Sequence record: OR896820.1
Strand: one strand, 5' to 3'
Source: Escherchia phage Stokescottia
DNA length: 64,000 nt
This document shows positions 20,159 to 30,427 of this stretch, in pieces. Positions within the stretch are counted from its first letter, which is position 1; every line of letters begins with the position of its first letter. The notes beneath the pieces were generated by a model. The model ran no database searches, had not been told where the DNA came from, and saw only the letters and a program-made list of their open reading frames with translations. The position numbers and the translations under genes were made by a program.

Positions 20159-20911
20159 ATGGGAAAAGCACGTCAAAAAAGAGAGAACCGCAATGGTTCA
20201 AGAAAGCGTGGCAACAAATATGAGAACAACGTAATTCAGGCTGATTTTTCTAATGATTACGCTAATCCAGTTGCTAAATCCCTAGTAGGTAAAAACCGCG
20301 AGCAAAAATCATATATCAATATGATCAAGAACAACACAGTGACTGTGGGTATCGGTGAGCCAGGTACTGGTAAAACCTTTATTCCGTCCGTTCTTGCAGC
20401 TCAGGAACTCGTAGACATTCACTCAGATATTGAGCAGGTGATTCTCGTACGTCCTAATGAACCTCTAGGTAAGTCTCTTGGTATGCTTCCTGGTGATCTA
20501 GCAGAAAAGCTAGAGCCTTGGTTAGAGCCAATAGCTGATGGTATGAAATGGGCCATCGGTGATCATGCCTATAAGGGATATGTCGAACGTCAGAAAATTA
20601 AATTTTTGGCTATCGAACATGCTCGTGGCAGAACTTTCAACAACTCCTATGTAATTGTCGATGAAGCTCAGAATATTTCCGTTGAGGCAATGATTTGTCT
20701 CCTAACTCGTGTAGGACAAGACTGCCGTTTAATTATCTGCGGAGATATAGCTCAGAAAGACATTAAAGGTGACTCAGGTCTAGCACTCCTTATGGAAGTC
20801 TATGAGAAATACGAAAATGCCCCATTCTCAATGATCGAATTGATTGATAACGTTCGTTCTGTTGAGTCTAAAGCATTCTATGATATTTTTAAAGACATGG
20901 GGAAGGTGTAA
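20159..20911 (+). CDS. phoH: PhoH-like ATPase
   Basis: Walker A GEPGTGKTF, Walker B VIVDEAQN; AGGAG SD 8 nt before ATG. Confidence 0.85.
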   Translation: MGKARQKRENRNGSRKRGNKYENNVIQADFSNDYANPVAKSLVGKNREQKSYINMIKNNTVTVGIGEPGTGKTFIPSVLAAQELVDIHSDIEQVILVRPNEPLGKSLGMLPGDLAEKLEPWLEPIADGMKWAIGDHAYKGYVERQKIKFLAIEHARGRTFNNSYVIVDEAQNISVEAMICLLTRVGQDCRLIICGDIAQKDIKGDSGLALLMEVYEKYENAPFSMIELIDNVRSVESKAFYDIFKDMGKV

Positions 20912-20912
20912 T

Positions 20913-21155
20913 ATGGGAAACGTCGTTCATCTGAGCCGTAAAACTAAAATACATCGTACTTCACTGAGTGCTGCTAATATGATTACACGTAAGGAAGGGG
21001 AAGAAAGTCCTAAGACAGCCCTAGCGTGGAAAATTGTAACCTCAAATCCAAATAAACCATTCAATTATAACGAGCTGAGCACCTCCATAGATATTCTATT
21101 AAAAGAAGTTGCTAGAGCTAAAGTAATTGAACAAGCTAAAAAGCTAGACTGGTAA
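20913..21155 (+). CDS. hypothetical protein
   Basis: 80-aa ORF starting 2 nt after phoH stop. Confidence 0.4.
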   Translation: MGNVVHLSRKTKIHRTSLSAANMITRKEGEESPKTALAWKIVTSNPNKPFNYNELSTSIDILLKEVARAKVIEQAKKLDW

Positions 21156-21275
21156 TATACAGGCCTGGGTATGAAAATACTCGGGCCTTTTCTATCAGAA
21201 AATTTTATTTGCCTAATGACCGATAATAAAGTAGAATATTCCTTAAATCCTGATAACTATAAAAAGGAAAGCCAA

Positions 21276-23606
21276 ATGAGCCATCGCATTGAAAAAGTAA
21301 TTAAACGTGACGGTACTGTAGAAGACTTTGCTCCTGAAAAACTCAATGGTTGGGCGGAGTATGGTTGCAAAACAGTTGATGTAAGTTGGTCAGCCATTAC
21401 TATGGCTGCTCAAAAAACTCTGCCTAAAGGGGTTGTAGATTCCGACACTCTGATGGATGCATTAATTAAAGCTGCTGAAAGTCTTATTAAAGATAATCCA
21501 GCATATGATGTGCCAGCAAAGGAGTTACGTCTTGCGCAAATGCGTAAACGCCTTTATGATTCTTTCGAACCACCTTCTCTACGCTTCTTCCATGACCATA
21601 TGGTTAGCGTAGGTGCATGGGAAGACATGAGTGCATGGATTACCGATGAACAATTTGAAGCTCTGAATCAGGTTATCGACCATGATCGTGATCGTCTTTT
21701 TACTAGTGGTGGGCTGAAGCAGTTCTTTGATAAATATTCCCGTCGTAACATAGCCACTGGTGAAATTTATGAAACTCCGCAGTTTGCCTACATGGGTATG
21801 GCAATGGCGATGCTATCTCAACCTAACTGGACAATTCTAGATGCAATCGACCTCTACAACGCAATGTCACTCCACAAAATCAACGTTCCTACGCCGCCAT
21901 TGGTTGGTCTGCGCTCTAGTGACCGTGGATTTGCTAGTTGCTGCCTCGTGGATTCCACTGACACGTTGGATTCAATTGACACCGCCGAGCACATCGTCTT
22001 CAAAATGGTCGCAGCCAGAGCGGGAATCGGGTATCATCTTGAAAGCCGATCAATTGCTGATCCGGTGCGAAATGGGGCATTCCCGCATTCCGGAAAACTG
22101 CCATATTATCGACACATTGACCGCTCAGTAAAGGCCAATACTCAGCAAACTCGTGGTGGTTCTGCCACAGTGTCTTATCCATACTTCGACCCTGAAATCA
22201 TTCAATTGATGCAGGTTAAGCAACAACGTGCTACAGATGAGAATAAAATCGATAAGATGGATTATTCCCTGAGCTTTAACAATCTTTTGTTAAAACGTTA
22301 TCTTAAAAACGAAGATATTACGCTAATGTCATACTTCTATGCTCCAGAAGTTCATGAAGCGTTTTATAGTGATGACGAGGCTAAATTTGAAGAAATCTAC
22401 GTGGCAGCGGAGAAACGTGTGGCATCTCTTACAAAAATCGACCATGAAGGAAAAACAGTTCCTGCAGCTCCTAAAGTCTCCGCAAAAGAAATCCTAGATA
22501 CTTGGCTACGTATTCGAATGGAAACAGGACGTATGTACGCTCATCACATCGGGGAATCTAACCGTCACGGTAACTTCCTTGATCCGATCCGTATGACAAA
22601 CCTTTGTGTTGAAATTACTCAGCCTACACGCCCGTTCCATCATATCACGGAACTGTATAAAACAAAAGAACAACTCGATCAAATGAAGCCGGAGGATATT
22701 GGTGAAGTATCTCTGTGTAACTTAGGTGGTGTTGTACTTGGACGCATGGAATCTCTGGCCGAGTGGGAAAAAACCTGCTACATCCTCCTGAAATTCGTTG
22801 ATACAATTATTGAAATTCAGGATTATCCGTTCCCAACTATGGAATATACTGCTAAGAAACGTCGTAATGTTGGTATTGGCCTGATGAACGCAGCAGGTGC
22901 AATGGCAGCAGAAGGTCTGGCTTATGAAGGTATTGAAGCCCGTAACTGGATTCACCGTGAGGCTGAAAAACTGTCTTACTTCCTGCATAAAGCCTCTGTA
23001 CGCCTAGCTAAAGAACAGGGTGCATGTGAGTGGTTTGATCGTACTAAACCATCTAAAGGAATTCTGGTAATCGACACGTACAAGAAAACTGTTGATGAAC
23101 TGGTATCCGTAGGTCTAGAAATGGATTGGGAGTCTCTGCGTGCAGATATTCTGAAATATGGTATGCGTAACTCTGTTCTGACTGCTCAGATGCCGGGAGA
23201 AAGTTCTTCTGTTCTGTTAGGTGTTACTAACTCTATTGAACCGCCTCGTAAGATTGTATCTATCAAAGGTAGTGCAGTAAATAAAGTAATTGCAATTGCT
23301 CCAGGTGCAACCGATTGGGAAACGTTAATGAGCTATAAACTGGCTTATGATGTAGATCGTATCGAGTGGATCAAGTGGGTAGCAACTATGCAGAAATTCT
23401 TCAGTCAGTCTATCAGTACGAATATGTACTATGACTACACCAAGTTTGAGAATGAAATCATTCCTGGCCCAGTAGTAGTTCGTGATTTCATGACTGCTGT
23501 TAAGTATGGGTGGAAAACTTGGTATTATGCTAACTTCAATACCGCAAATGGTGGAGGTGCTGGAGAAGAAGCAGCCGGTTGTGCATCCGGTGGTTGTACT
23601 ATTTAA
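21276..23606 (+). CDS. nrdA: ribonucleotide reductase class Ia large subunit
   Basis: ATP-cone N-terminus VIKRDGTVEDF; catalytic region with CNLG and PGESSS motifs. Confidence 0.9.
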   Translation: MSHRIEKVIKRDGTVEDFAPEKLNGWAEYGCKTVDVSWSAITMAAQKTLPKGVVDSDTLMDALIKAAESLIKDNPAYDVPAKELRLAQMRKRLYDSFEPPSLRFFHDHMVSVGAWEDMSAWITDEQFEALNQVIDHDRDRLFTSGGLKQFFDKYSRRNIATGEIYETPQFAYMGMAMAMLSQPNWTILDAIDLYNAMSLHKINVPTPPLVGLRSSDRGFASCCLVDSTDTLDSIDTAEHIVFKMVAARAGIGYHLESRSIADPVRNGAFPHSGKLPYYRHIDRSVKANTQQTRGGSATVSYPYFDPEIIQLMQVKQQRATDENKIDKMDYSLSFNNLLLKRYLKNEDITLMSYFYAPEVHEAFYSDDEAKFEEIYVAAEKRVASLTKIDHEGKTVPAAPKVSAKEILDTWLRIRMETGRMYAHHIGESNRHGNFLDPIRMTNLCVEITQPTRPFHHITELYKTKEQLDQMKPEDIGEVSLCNLGGVVLGRMESLAEWEKTCYILLKFVDTIIEIQDYPFPTMEYTAKKRRNVGIGLMNAAGAMAAEGLAYEGIEARNWIHREAEKLSYFLHKASVRLAKEQGACEWFDRTKPSKGILVIDTYKKTVDELVSVGLEMDWESLRADILKYGMRNSVLTAQMPGESSSVLLGVTNSIEPPRKIVSIKGSAVNKVIAIAPGATDWETLMSYKLAYDVDRIEWIKWVATMQKFFSQSISTNMYYDYTKFENEIIPGPVVVRDFMTAVKYGWKTWYYANFNTANGGGAGEEAAGCASGGCTI

Positions 23607-23614
23607 TAAAAACA

Positions 23615-23641
23615 AGGAGATCTTCGGGTCTCCTTTTTCTT
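23615..23641 (+). terminator. terminator-like hairpin after nrdA
   Basis: GGAGATC TTCG GGTCTCC followed by TTTTTCTTT. Confidence 0.55.
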
Positions 23642-23652
23642 TGAAATTTTAC

Positions 23653-23681
23653 TTGCTAATCGCTACCAGATTTGCTATAAT
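23653..23681 (+). promoter_or_regulatory. early-type promoter upstream of nrdB
   Basis: TTGCTA, 17-nt spacer, TATAAT. Confidence 0.55.
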
Positions 23682-23712
23682 ATTCCTGAAATAGTGAGAA
23701 AGAGGAAAATCA

Positions 23713-24858
23713 ATGACTACTTTACTAAACCTGAATTGGGATCATACTAACGCTGACCTTTTCCTGGGAGATTCTCTCGGTATCGCAGATTATGTACGTG
23801 TAGCACATCCAGAACTAGAACGTCTGGCACTTCTGCAACGCTCTCAATTTTGGACTGAAACTGAAATCAGTCTGGAAGCAGATAAGAAACAATGGCCTAA
23901 TCTCCCGCGTGAAATTCAGGAAATTACACTCCTGAACTTAGCATGGCAGACTCAAACTGATTCCTTTATCAGTCGTGCTCCTGAAGCAGCTATTATGCCG
24001 CTTGTAAGTCGTCCAGAATTGGAAGGTATGCTCAAGCAGTGGAGCTACTTCGAAGATCTGCATAGTCGTGCTTATAGTAATATTATTCGTAATGTACTGA
24101 CTGATCCAGCAGAATTTATTGATTCTGTAACCAAAAACCAGGAAGCATTCGCACGAATCGCTGATTCTGTTGAGCTATTTGATGAGCTATATCAGTTAGG
24201 TCAGTATTTCATCGCAGTACGTGATCATCGTGGTGACAATACATATCCAGAAACTGAGTTCCCTGAAGTTAAACGTGAAACTCAGGCTAAACTATTAGAC
24301 GCTTACTTTGCGATCTATGGTCTGGAAGCAATGCAGTTCTACGCATCCTTTGCATGTACCTTTGCATTAGCAGAGAACGATATTCTGCAAGGTATTGCTA
24401 AAAATCTGCAATTAATCGCTAAAGATGAAGCTCTGCACACTCAGATGTCCAAAGCAATCATCCAGATTATGTTCCAGCAGTTTGACAAAGATCTGGTGGA
24501 TGAAGCAGTGGCTAAAGCACCAGCACAGCTCCTGAAAACTCTGAAAACTGAAATTGAATGGGGTCATTTCATCTTCAAAGGTCGTAGTCTGATTGGCTTG
24601 AATGCAGAACTTCTAGAAGAATATCTGTACTTTGTGGGGCGTAATGCATTTATGCACATCGGTGTAGAATGGCCTAGTCATTTACCAGTAATCACCAAAA
24701 ACCCTATTCCGTGGATCATGAACTGGTTGGATACCACTTCTTTACAGCCTGCTCCACAAGAAATCCAGATTGGTGCAGCATATCGTGTAGGTCAGGTAAC
24801 TGAGACCTCTACTGATACTCTGAAAGATCTGGGTAATGAATTTGGAGATTTCTTATGA
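23713..24858 (+). CDS. nrdB: ribonucleotide reductase class Ia small subunit
   Basis: 381 aa; diiron ligand regions (EAxH-type) such as KDEALHTQ. Confidence 0.85.
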   Translation: MTTLLNLNWDHTNADLFLGDSLGIADYVRVAHPELERLALLQRSQFWTETEISLEADKKQWPNLPREIQEITLLNLAWQTQTDSFISRAPEAAIMPLVSRPELEGMLKQWSYFEDLHSRAYSNIIRNVLTDPAEFIDSVTKNQEAFARIADSVELFDELYQLGQYFIAVRDHRGDNTYPETEFPEVKRETQAKLLDAYFAIYGLEAMQFYASFACTFALAENDILQGIAKNLQLIAKDEALHTQMSKAIIQIMFQQFDKDLVDEAVAKAPAQLLKTLKTEIEWGHFIFKGRSLIGLNAELLEEYLYFVGRNAFMHIGVEWPSHLPVITKNPIPWIMNWLDTTSLQPAPQEIQIGAAYRVGQVTETSTDTLKDLGNEFGDFL

Positions 24859-25388
24859 TTACAGCAATGTATGCAGTTGGGCCGAATGGGGAGTTCGGCC
24901 TCCGCGGTAAACTTCCATGGGGTTCCTTCAAAGAAGAACTAGATGCTTTCTATTCTCAATTGGACGTGTTGAATCCAGATAACATCATCATTGGTGCTGG
25001 TACTTATTTAGCTCTCCCATACGCCGTTAGGGAACGTATGATTGGAGCTTCCGACCTATTTATTCGTGCTGATCGTCCACTGCCAGACGATATTACACAT
25101 GATATTTACACCCCAATTTCTAAGATCGGGGATACATTGCCTACGTTCTTAAAAGATCAACAGACAGTGGTTTTAGGTGGTGCAACATTACTGTACGAAA
25201 TGTATATTCATGGTCATATTGAAAGTGCTTTCGTATCCACAATCTTTAGTAATCAAAAACTAGAGGCAGATGTACATCTGGATAATACGATTCTAGATTA
25301 CAACTATGAATCTACTCGTTTAGTTTACGCAACCGGCGCAAACAGTGATAACAGCCTGCGATTTGTACAGGAATTGGTTACTTATTAA
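24855..25388 (+). CDS. frd: dihydrofolate reductase
   Basis: 177 aa; N-terminal [16 protein letters not shown]; start overlaps nrdB stop. Confidence 0.7.
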   Translation: MITAMYAVGPNGEFGLRGKLPWGSFKEELDAFYSQLDVLNPDNIIIGAGTYLALPYAVRERMIGASDLFIRADRPLPDDITHDIYTPISKIGDTLPTFLKDQQTVVLGGATLLYEMYIHGHIESAFVSTIFSNQKLEADVHLDNTILDYNYESTRLVYATGANSDNSLRFVQELVTY

Positions 25389-26242
25389 TGGATCAGTATA
25401 TCGAAGTTGGAAAACGTATTCTATCAGAGGGTCAGTGGGTAACGAATCCTAGAACAGGGGTTCGTTGCCTCACTATTATTGATGCAGACTTTACTTTTAA
25501 CGTAGGTGCAGGTGAATTTCCACTTATTACTACTCGTAAGGCGTTTGCAAAACAAGCAATAATGGAAATGATTGGGTATCTACGTGGGTATGATTCAGCA
25601 GCACAATTCCGCGCTATTGGTGTTAACACATGGAATGCTAATGCAAATGAAAACTTAGCTTGGCTAGACAATCCATACCGTAAAGGTGAGGATGATATGG
25701 GACGAGTCTATGGTGTTCAAGGACGTCAGTGGACTAATTCCGATGGTCTTATGTTTGACCAACTAGCCAAGATTTATCATAATCTGAAAAATGGCATTGA
25801 TGATCGTGGGGAAATTCTAACATTCTGGAATCCGGGAGAGTTCTCAAAGGGTTGCTTACGTCCATGTATGCACACTCATCAGTTCTCTATTTTGGGAGAT
25901 ACATTATATCTGAACTCTTTCCAGAGATCTAATGACTTCCTGTTAGGCCAAGTATTTAACATGGTTCAGTGCTATACGCTTCTAGCATTAATGGCACAGA
26001 TTACAGGCCTTAAACCAGGAATTGCACGCCAGAAGATTATCAATCTTCATATCTATGAGGATCAGTATAACGTTCTTATGGAGCATAAGCAATTCGATCG
26101 TGAACCTTTTGCACCTCCTACTCTAGAAATCAATCCAAATATCCGAACTCTGGAGGATGTATTGACCTGGGTAAATAAGGATGATTTTACTGTTCGTGGT
26201 TACAAACACCATCCTGCTATTGCATACCCCTTTACGGTATAA
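25388..26242 (+). CDS. thyA: thymidylate synthase
   Basis: 284 aa; active-site region [21 protein letters not shown]. Confidence 0.9.
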   Translation: MDQYIEVGKRILSEGQWVTNPRTGVRCLTIIDADFTFNVGAGEFPLITTRKAFAKQAIMEMIGYLRGYDSAAQFRAIGVNTWNANANENLAWLDNPYRKGEDDMGRVYGVQGRQWTNSDGLMFDQLAKIYHNLKNGIDDRGEILTFWNPGEFSKGCLRPCMHTHQFSILGDTLYLNSFQRSNDFLLGQVFNMVQCYTLLALMAQITGLKPGIARQKIINLHIYEDQYNVLMEHKQFDREPFAPPTLEINPNIRTLEDVLTWVNKDDFTVRGYKHHPAIAYPFTV

Positions 26243-26245
26243 TAT

Positions 26246-26599
26246 ATGTTTACAATATTATTATTTGTTATATTCTTCCTGAAACATTTTATGGCTGATT
26301 ATCCCCTCCAAACTCCATACATGTTAAGGAAGACTCACAAAATAGGATGGAAACTTCCATTACTAACCCATTCTCTAGTACATGCTGGACTAACCTTTAT
26401 AATTCTTACTATGTTCACATCACTAGGAATGGCTATAACTTTAGCTATAATGGAATTAATCCTACACTTTATCATAGATTACTGGAAAGCACAACGCTGT
26501 AAATACGATATAAGTGATTCCAAGTTTTGGATAGCTTTAGGATTTGATCAGTTACTCCATTACTTAACCTATGCTCTCATAATCTTGATTATAATTTAA
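26246..26599 (+). CDS. hypothetical membrane protein
   Basis: 117 aa with hydrophobic N- and C-terminal segments. Confidence 0.4.
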   Translation: MFTILLFVIFFLKHFMADYPLQTPYMLRKTHKIGWKLPLLTHSLVHAGLTFIILTMFTSLGMAITLAIMELILHFIIDYWKAQRCKYDISDSKFWIALGFDQLLHYLTYALIILIII

Positions 26600-26605
26600 C
26601 TCAAA

Positions 26606-26630
26606 TAGCCCTTCGGGGCTATTATATTTA
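26606..26630 (+). terminator. terminator-like hairpin
   Basis: AGCCC TTCG GGGCT followed by a T-rich run. Confidence 0.5.
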
Positions 26631-26638
26631 AATTTCAT

Positions 26639-26667
26639 TTGCTTATTTAGTGAAATTTAAATATAAT
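26639..26667 (+). promoter_or_regulatory. early-type promoter
   Basis: TTGCTT, 17-nt spacer, TATAAT, then TTTATAAATTGGAGG box. Confidence 0.55.
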
Positions 26668-26692
26668 ATATTTTATAAATTGGAGGTATATA

Positions 26693-26974
26693 ATGATTTC
26701 AGCCAAAGAAGCTCAAGAACTCGCAGGATTAACAGAAGTACCCGCATTTCTAAAGTTTATAGAAGAAAAGATTGTAGAAGCTGCTAAGTCTGGAAATACA
26801 GAAGTAATTATTCGAGATAATCCTTACGCTAGGTGGCTATATAATCCTAGAGAAATGCCAGGAGCAGCTAAATCAGTACTAAAAACCTTATCGGATAAGG
26901 GGTATCATCTCTCACAATACTACCGAGAAGCCGCCTTTGTAGACATGGGTCTTAAAATTAGTTGGGAGGTATAA
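26693..26974 (+). CDS. hypothetical protein
   Basis: 93-aa ORF after promoter and SD. Confidence 0.45.
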   Translation: MISAKEAQELAGLTEVPAFLKFIEEKIVEAAKSGNTEVIIRDNPYARWLYNPREMPGAAKSVLKTLSDKGYHLSQYYREAAFVDMGLKISWEV

Positions 26975-27450
26975 TGTCGGTTTTCCACATTTACACAGAT
27001 GGTGCTTGTAAGTCTAACCCAGGTCCAGGTGCTTGGGGTTTTATTGTCTATGATGATAACGACGATCGTTTAGGTTCTAAATCTGGTTATAATCCTAAAA
27101 CTACAAATAATGAGATGGAACTCACAGCTATTGTAGAAGCTCTACGTTGGTCCGTTAAAAAAGATAATAGACCAATTGCTATCTATACTGACTCTGCTTA
27201 TTGCAAAAACGGCATGGAAAGTTGGATGTTTTCTTGGCAAAGGAAAGGCTGGAAGAAAGCAGATGGTGAAGTTCCTCTTAATCTAGAACTTTGGCAGGAA
27301 GCATTTAAATTAACACAGCAGTATATCAACTTTCATAATACTAATCCTACCTTTATTAAGGTTAAAGGACATTCTGGTATTAGTGGTAATGAAGCTGTAG
27401 ATGCATTGTGTAATACTGTTATTACTGAGCAAGAACTTGCCGAGATGTGA
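26974..27450 (+). CDS. rnh: ribonuclease H
   Basis: RNase H1 signature HIYTDGACKSNPGPGAWG; ATG at 26974 after GGGAGG. Confidence 0.85.
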   Translation: MSVFHIYTDGACKSNPGPGAWGFIVYDDNDDRLGSKSGYNPKTTNNEMELTAIVEALRWSVKKDNRPIAIYTDSAYCKNGMESWMFSWQRKGWKKADGEVPLNLELWQEAFKLTQQYINFHNTNPTFIKVKGHSGISGNEAVDALCNTVITEQELAEM

Positions 27451-27470
27451 TAAATAAATTAAAAATTTTC

Positions 27471-27499
27471 TTGCTTAAAGCCCTCTAATTTAGTATAAT
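27471..27499 (+). promoter_or_regulatory. early-type promoter
   Basis: TTGCTT, 17-nt spacer, TATAAT. Confidence 0.55.
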
Positions 27500-27526
27500 A
27501 TTCATATTGAAAGTGAGGAGGGCTTT

Positions 27527-27811
27527 ATGCGGATTTATAACTCAAATTCATTAGGATTTAAACCATTGAGAAAACGTGCACAATCACCTCGTCAAATAAG
27601 AAAGGCTAATATTGGTGAGCCAGAGACACGACTTCCACCTCCTCCAGAACAACGTTTAGTTTATCTGGACGAAGAATTAGCGGAATGCGAAAGAAAAGCT
27701 CAAGAAGAGATTGAGCGTAAGAAAATGTGTACTGCTCCAGCCTACTCCAAAGGGGCTTATCAGTATATCTATACAGCCGAGGAGGCTAAAGATGCGGGGC
27801 GTAAAAAATGA
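27527..27811 (+). CDS. hypothetical protein
   Basis: 94-aa ORF. Confidence 0.4.
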   Translation: MRIYNSNSLGFKPLRKRAQSPRQIRKANIGEPETRLPPPPEQRLVYLDEELAECERKAQEEIERKKMCTAPAYSKGAYQYIYTAEEAKDAGRKK

Positions 27812-28257
27812 AGATTACTGAATTTAAAGGTACTTATAGTTTCTTATCAAACTTTTATTTATCACCAATTACTTTCGAATATCTAAATGAAATATGGCAT
27901 GCTGATACTGTAGAACATGCTTTTCAGGCTATGAAATCCGACCAAAAAGATGATGTAGCTCATGTACTGCGCTCCCTAAATGCAGGAGTTGCCAAACGTA
28001 GAGGACGTAAATTAACTCTACGCTCTGACTGGGATAAGGTAAAAGATGATGTAATGCTAGAGCTTTTACGGTTAAAGTTTGCAATCCCTGATTTGAGAGA
28101 CAAACTGTTAGCAACAAAAAATGCAACTTTGATCGAAGGAAATACCTGGGGAGATACATATTGGGGTGTTTGCCGAGGCATTGGGGATAATACTCTAGGT
28201 GTTCTTTTGATGCAGGTAAGGTCTGAAATTAAAAGAAGCTTACAGTTAATAAATTAA
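27808..28257 (+). CDS. NADAR-domain protein (YbiA-like)
   Basis: 149 aa; FLSNFY...EHAFQAMK...W...DTYWG pattern typical of YbiA/NADAR. Confidence 0.75.
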   Translation: MKITEFKGTYSFLSNFYLSPITFEYLNEIWHADTVEHAFQAMKSDQKDDVAHVLRSLNAGVAKRRGRKLTLRSDWDKVKDDVMLELLRLKFAIPDLRDKLLATKNATLIEGNTWGDTYWGVCRGIGDNTLGVLLMQVRSEIKRSLQLIN

Positions 28258-28265
28258 AAATTCAT

Positions 28266-28294
28266 TTGCTAAACGCTTCAAATTCTCGTATAAT
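28266..28294 (+). promoter_or_regulatory. early-type promoter
   Basis: TTGCTA, 17-nt spacer, TATAAT, then CATAAATTGATAAAC box. Confidence 0.6.
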
Positions 28295-28332
28295 ATACTT
28301 CATAAATTGATAAACAAAAAGGAAAACAAATA

Positions 28333-28848
28333 ATGGCTAAGCAGAAAAACGCAAAAACTCAAGCAGCTCCGGCAGTTAAAACTTTCCCGCAGACCGAGGC
28401 TAATCGCAAAGATCGCCTGGAACGTCACCTGCGTAAGCATCCTACCGATACCCAGGCTGCGCAAGCACTGAATAATCCGGCTCCGATTCGTCAGAAGCCT
28501 AAAGCTAAAAATGCCACCCGTAAATCCTACAAAATGGTTATGTATGTAGAAAATTACGGCCACAAATCTGTCCCAGTTTCCCTGAGCTTTAACGCTGGGG
28601 CTGAATTGTTCTCTCGTAATGGTATGTCTATGAAAGACTATGAGAAGGCAGTTAACCAGAAGCGTAAACCAACAGCAGATGTATTGCGTGATACTCGTGG
28701 ACAGTTTGGTTCTGTTAAGCCAAATATCTTTGGCGTAGAGTATAGTAAAGATAATGTTCGTGCTCTGTGTTACGGTGTAGGCATTAAGTTCACGGGTGAT
28801 TCTGCTCGTAAATCTGCTAAACCAGCTCGTAAGCGTAAAGCGAAGTAA
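28333..28848 (+). CDS. hypothetical basic protein
   Basis: 171 aa, Lys/Arg-rich at both termini. Confidence 0.45.
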   Translation: MAKQKNAKTQAAPAVKTFPQTEANRKDRLERHLRKHPTDTQAAQALNNPAPIRQKPKAKNATRKSYKMVMYVENYGHKSVPVSLSFNAGAELFSRNGMSMKDYEKAVNQKRKPTADVLRDTRGQFGSVKPNIFGVEYSKDNVRALCYGVGIKFTGDSARKSAKPARKRKAK

Positions 28849-28912
28849 TAGATAAATAGGGGCGAAAGCCCCTACAATCGATTAATTCTCTAACTAATCA
28901 AGGATATTTTTT

Positions 28913-29128
28913 ATGTTCTCTAAGAAACCACGTTCTGTTACTGAAATTGTTGCTTCCTTTACCACTATCACTGATGAACTTCAAGCTCGTATTGAGGCTG
29001 ATCAAAAAATCGCAGCTGATATTCAGAAACAGCAGGAAGAACTCGCTTTAAAGTTGGCTGAAACTAACAAGAGTGAAAAATCTGCCCAAACTATTATGGA
29101 AAATATCCTTAAACTGCTGGGCAAGTGA
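28913..29128 (+). CDS. hypothetical protein
   Basis: 71-aa ORF flanked by GNRA-loop hairpins. Confidence 0.4.
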   Translation: MFSKKPRSVTEIVASFTTITDELQARIEADQKIAADIQKQQEELALKLAETNKSEKSAQTIMENILKLLGK

Positions 29129-29169
29129 TTTAAATCAGGGGGCAAAAGCCCCTCTTATTTGGAGAAACT

Positions 29170-29391
29170 ATGCGTAATTTTGTAGCAAAGAATGATTTTA
29201 ACCGTGCTAGCACCCATAAGTCAGCTAGGGATTATACACGACTTTCTAGTCATGAGGTAATGGATTTAGCAGTGGATGAGTTAGACTTAGATGACCCCTA
29301 TATGGAAGAGAACTGGGATGTCAGTGAGGATATGCTTCCTGGTTTTAAAGACCCCAAGAAGTGGGAGTCTATTAAAGAGACAGCTCTTTAA
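29170..29391 (+). CDS. hypothetical protein
   Basis: 73-aa ORF. Confidence 0.4.
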   Translation: MRNFVAKNDFNRASTHKSARDYTRLSSHEVMDLAVDELDLDDPYMEENWDVSEDMLPGFKDPKKWESIKETAL

Positions 29392-29419
29392 TAGTTTTCT
29401 ACACAATAAAGGATAAGTT

Positions 29420-30121
29420 ATGAAAGTAAAACCATTTGGTATGCTAGATATTGAATCTCTAGGAACTCCAGGAGATTGTGGTACTACTCATATCGCAATG
29501 CCTTCTTTCGCTTTTGTGGCTATGCATGGAATTGATAAAGACCCTGATCTAGTATTTGTTACTTTGGATGTGCAAGATCAACTTAATTCTGGTGCCAAAG
29601 TCACAGCATCTACTCTAGCATTCTGGATGGATCAAGCTAAAAATAGTCCGTCTGCTATCCACATTATGGAAGCTATGAAGGAACGTAATCCAAAACTGAT
29701 TGCCTTCCAAAATGGTAAACATCATTGCACTAATAAATTAGGCTCAAACTATGCTGCCTTCTCTATGGCTCAAAATATTATGGAGTTGGCTCTAGGCGAA
29801 AATGCTTTGTATTATGGCAATGGCCCAGAGTTTGATATGACTATCTACTCTGCAAATACGTTCCATGCTGGAACCAATGAAGAGGTAGTTCCGTGGAAAT
29901 TCTGGAATTTGGGCAATGTTCGATCTCTTCGTAATCTCTGGATGCAAGCTGGATACAGTTATAAAGCTCTAGAGACCGAAGGTATTAGCTGGGCAATAGC
30001 TAAAATGGAGAAGATGGACACTATTCGTTATGGGATCTATCCAGTTAAGCACGACCCAGCATTCGATGCCTTAGTTGAGAGCTATTGTGTTGCAGCTATG
30101 ATCGAAAAAATGAAAATTTGA
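29420..30121 (+). CDS. putative DnaQ-like 3'-5' exonuclease (DEDDh)
   Basis: 233 aa; Exo I-like MLDIESLG and Exo III-like HDPAFDALV. Confidence 0.5.
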   Translation: MKVKPFGMLDIESLGTPGDCGTTHIAMPSFAFVAMHGIDKDPDLVFVTLDVQDQLNSGAKVTASTLAFWMDQAKNSPSAIHIMEAMKERNPKLIAFQNGKHHCTNKLGSNYAAFSMAQNIMELALGENALYYGNGPEFDMTIYSANTFHAGTNEEVVPWKFWNLGNVRSLRNLWMQAGYSYKALETEGISWAIAKMEKMDTIRYGIYPVKHDPAFDALVESYCVAAMIEKMKI

Positions 30122-30122
30122 T

Positions 30123-30151
30123 TTGCTTCCGGCTCCAAAATTCTGTATAAT
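30123..30151 (+). promoter_or_regulatory. early-type promoter
   Basis: TTGCTT, 17-nt spacer, TGTATAAT, then CATAAATTTGAGAAAAC box. Confidence 0.6.
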
Positions 30152-30191
30152 ATATTCATAAATTTGAGAAAACAATAAAAGGAAAACAAAT

Positions 30192-30374
30192 ATGCCAGTA
30201 TCTAAAAATGTTCGTAAAAATGGTAAGAAAGCTACTCGTGATCTGGGTATCCGTCGTATGGCTGAACGTCAATCAGGTATCCAGAAAATCTTTAATCTAC
30301 TAAATCGTGCTAATCCTAAAATTGATAACAGTAACGATACTGTTCTGCGCACTCTGCTGGCAATTGGTCTGTAA
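30192..30374 (+). CDS. hypothetical protein
   Basis: 60-aa basic ORF. Confidence 0.35.
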   Translation: MPVSKNVRKNGKKATRDLGIRRMAERQSGIQKIFNLLNRANPKIDNSNDTVLRTLLAIGL

Positions 30375-30427
30375 TAGACCAAATTTAAACAAATTCAAAT
30401 CTCAAACTTCGTATAAGGAAGCAAATA

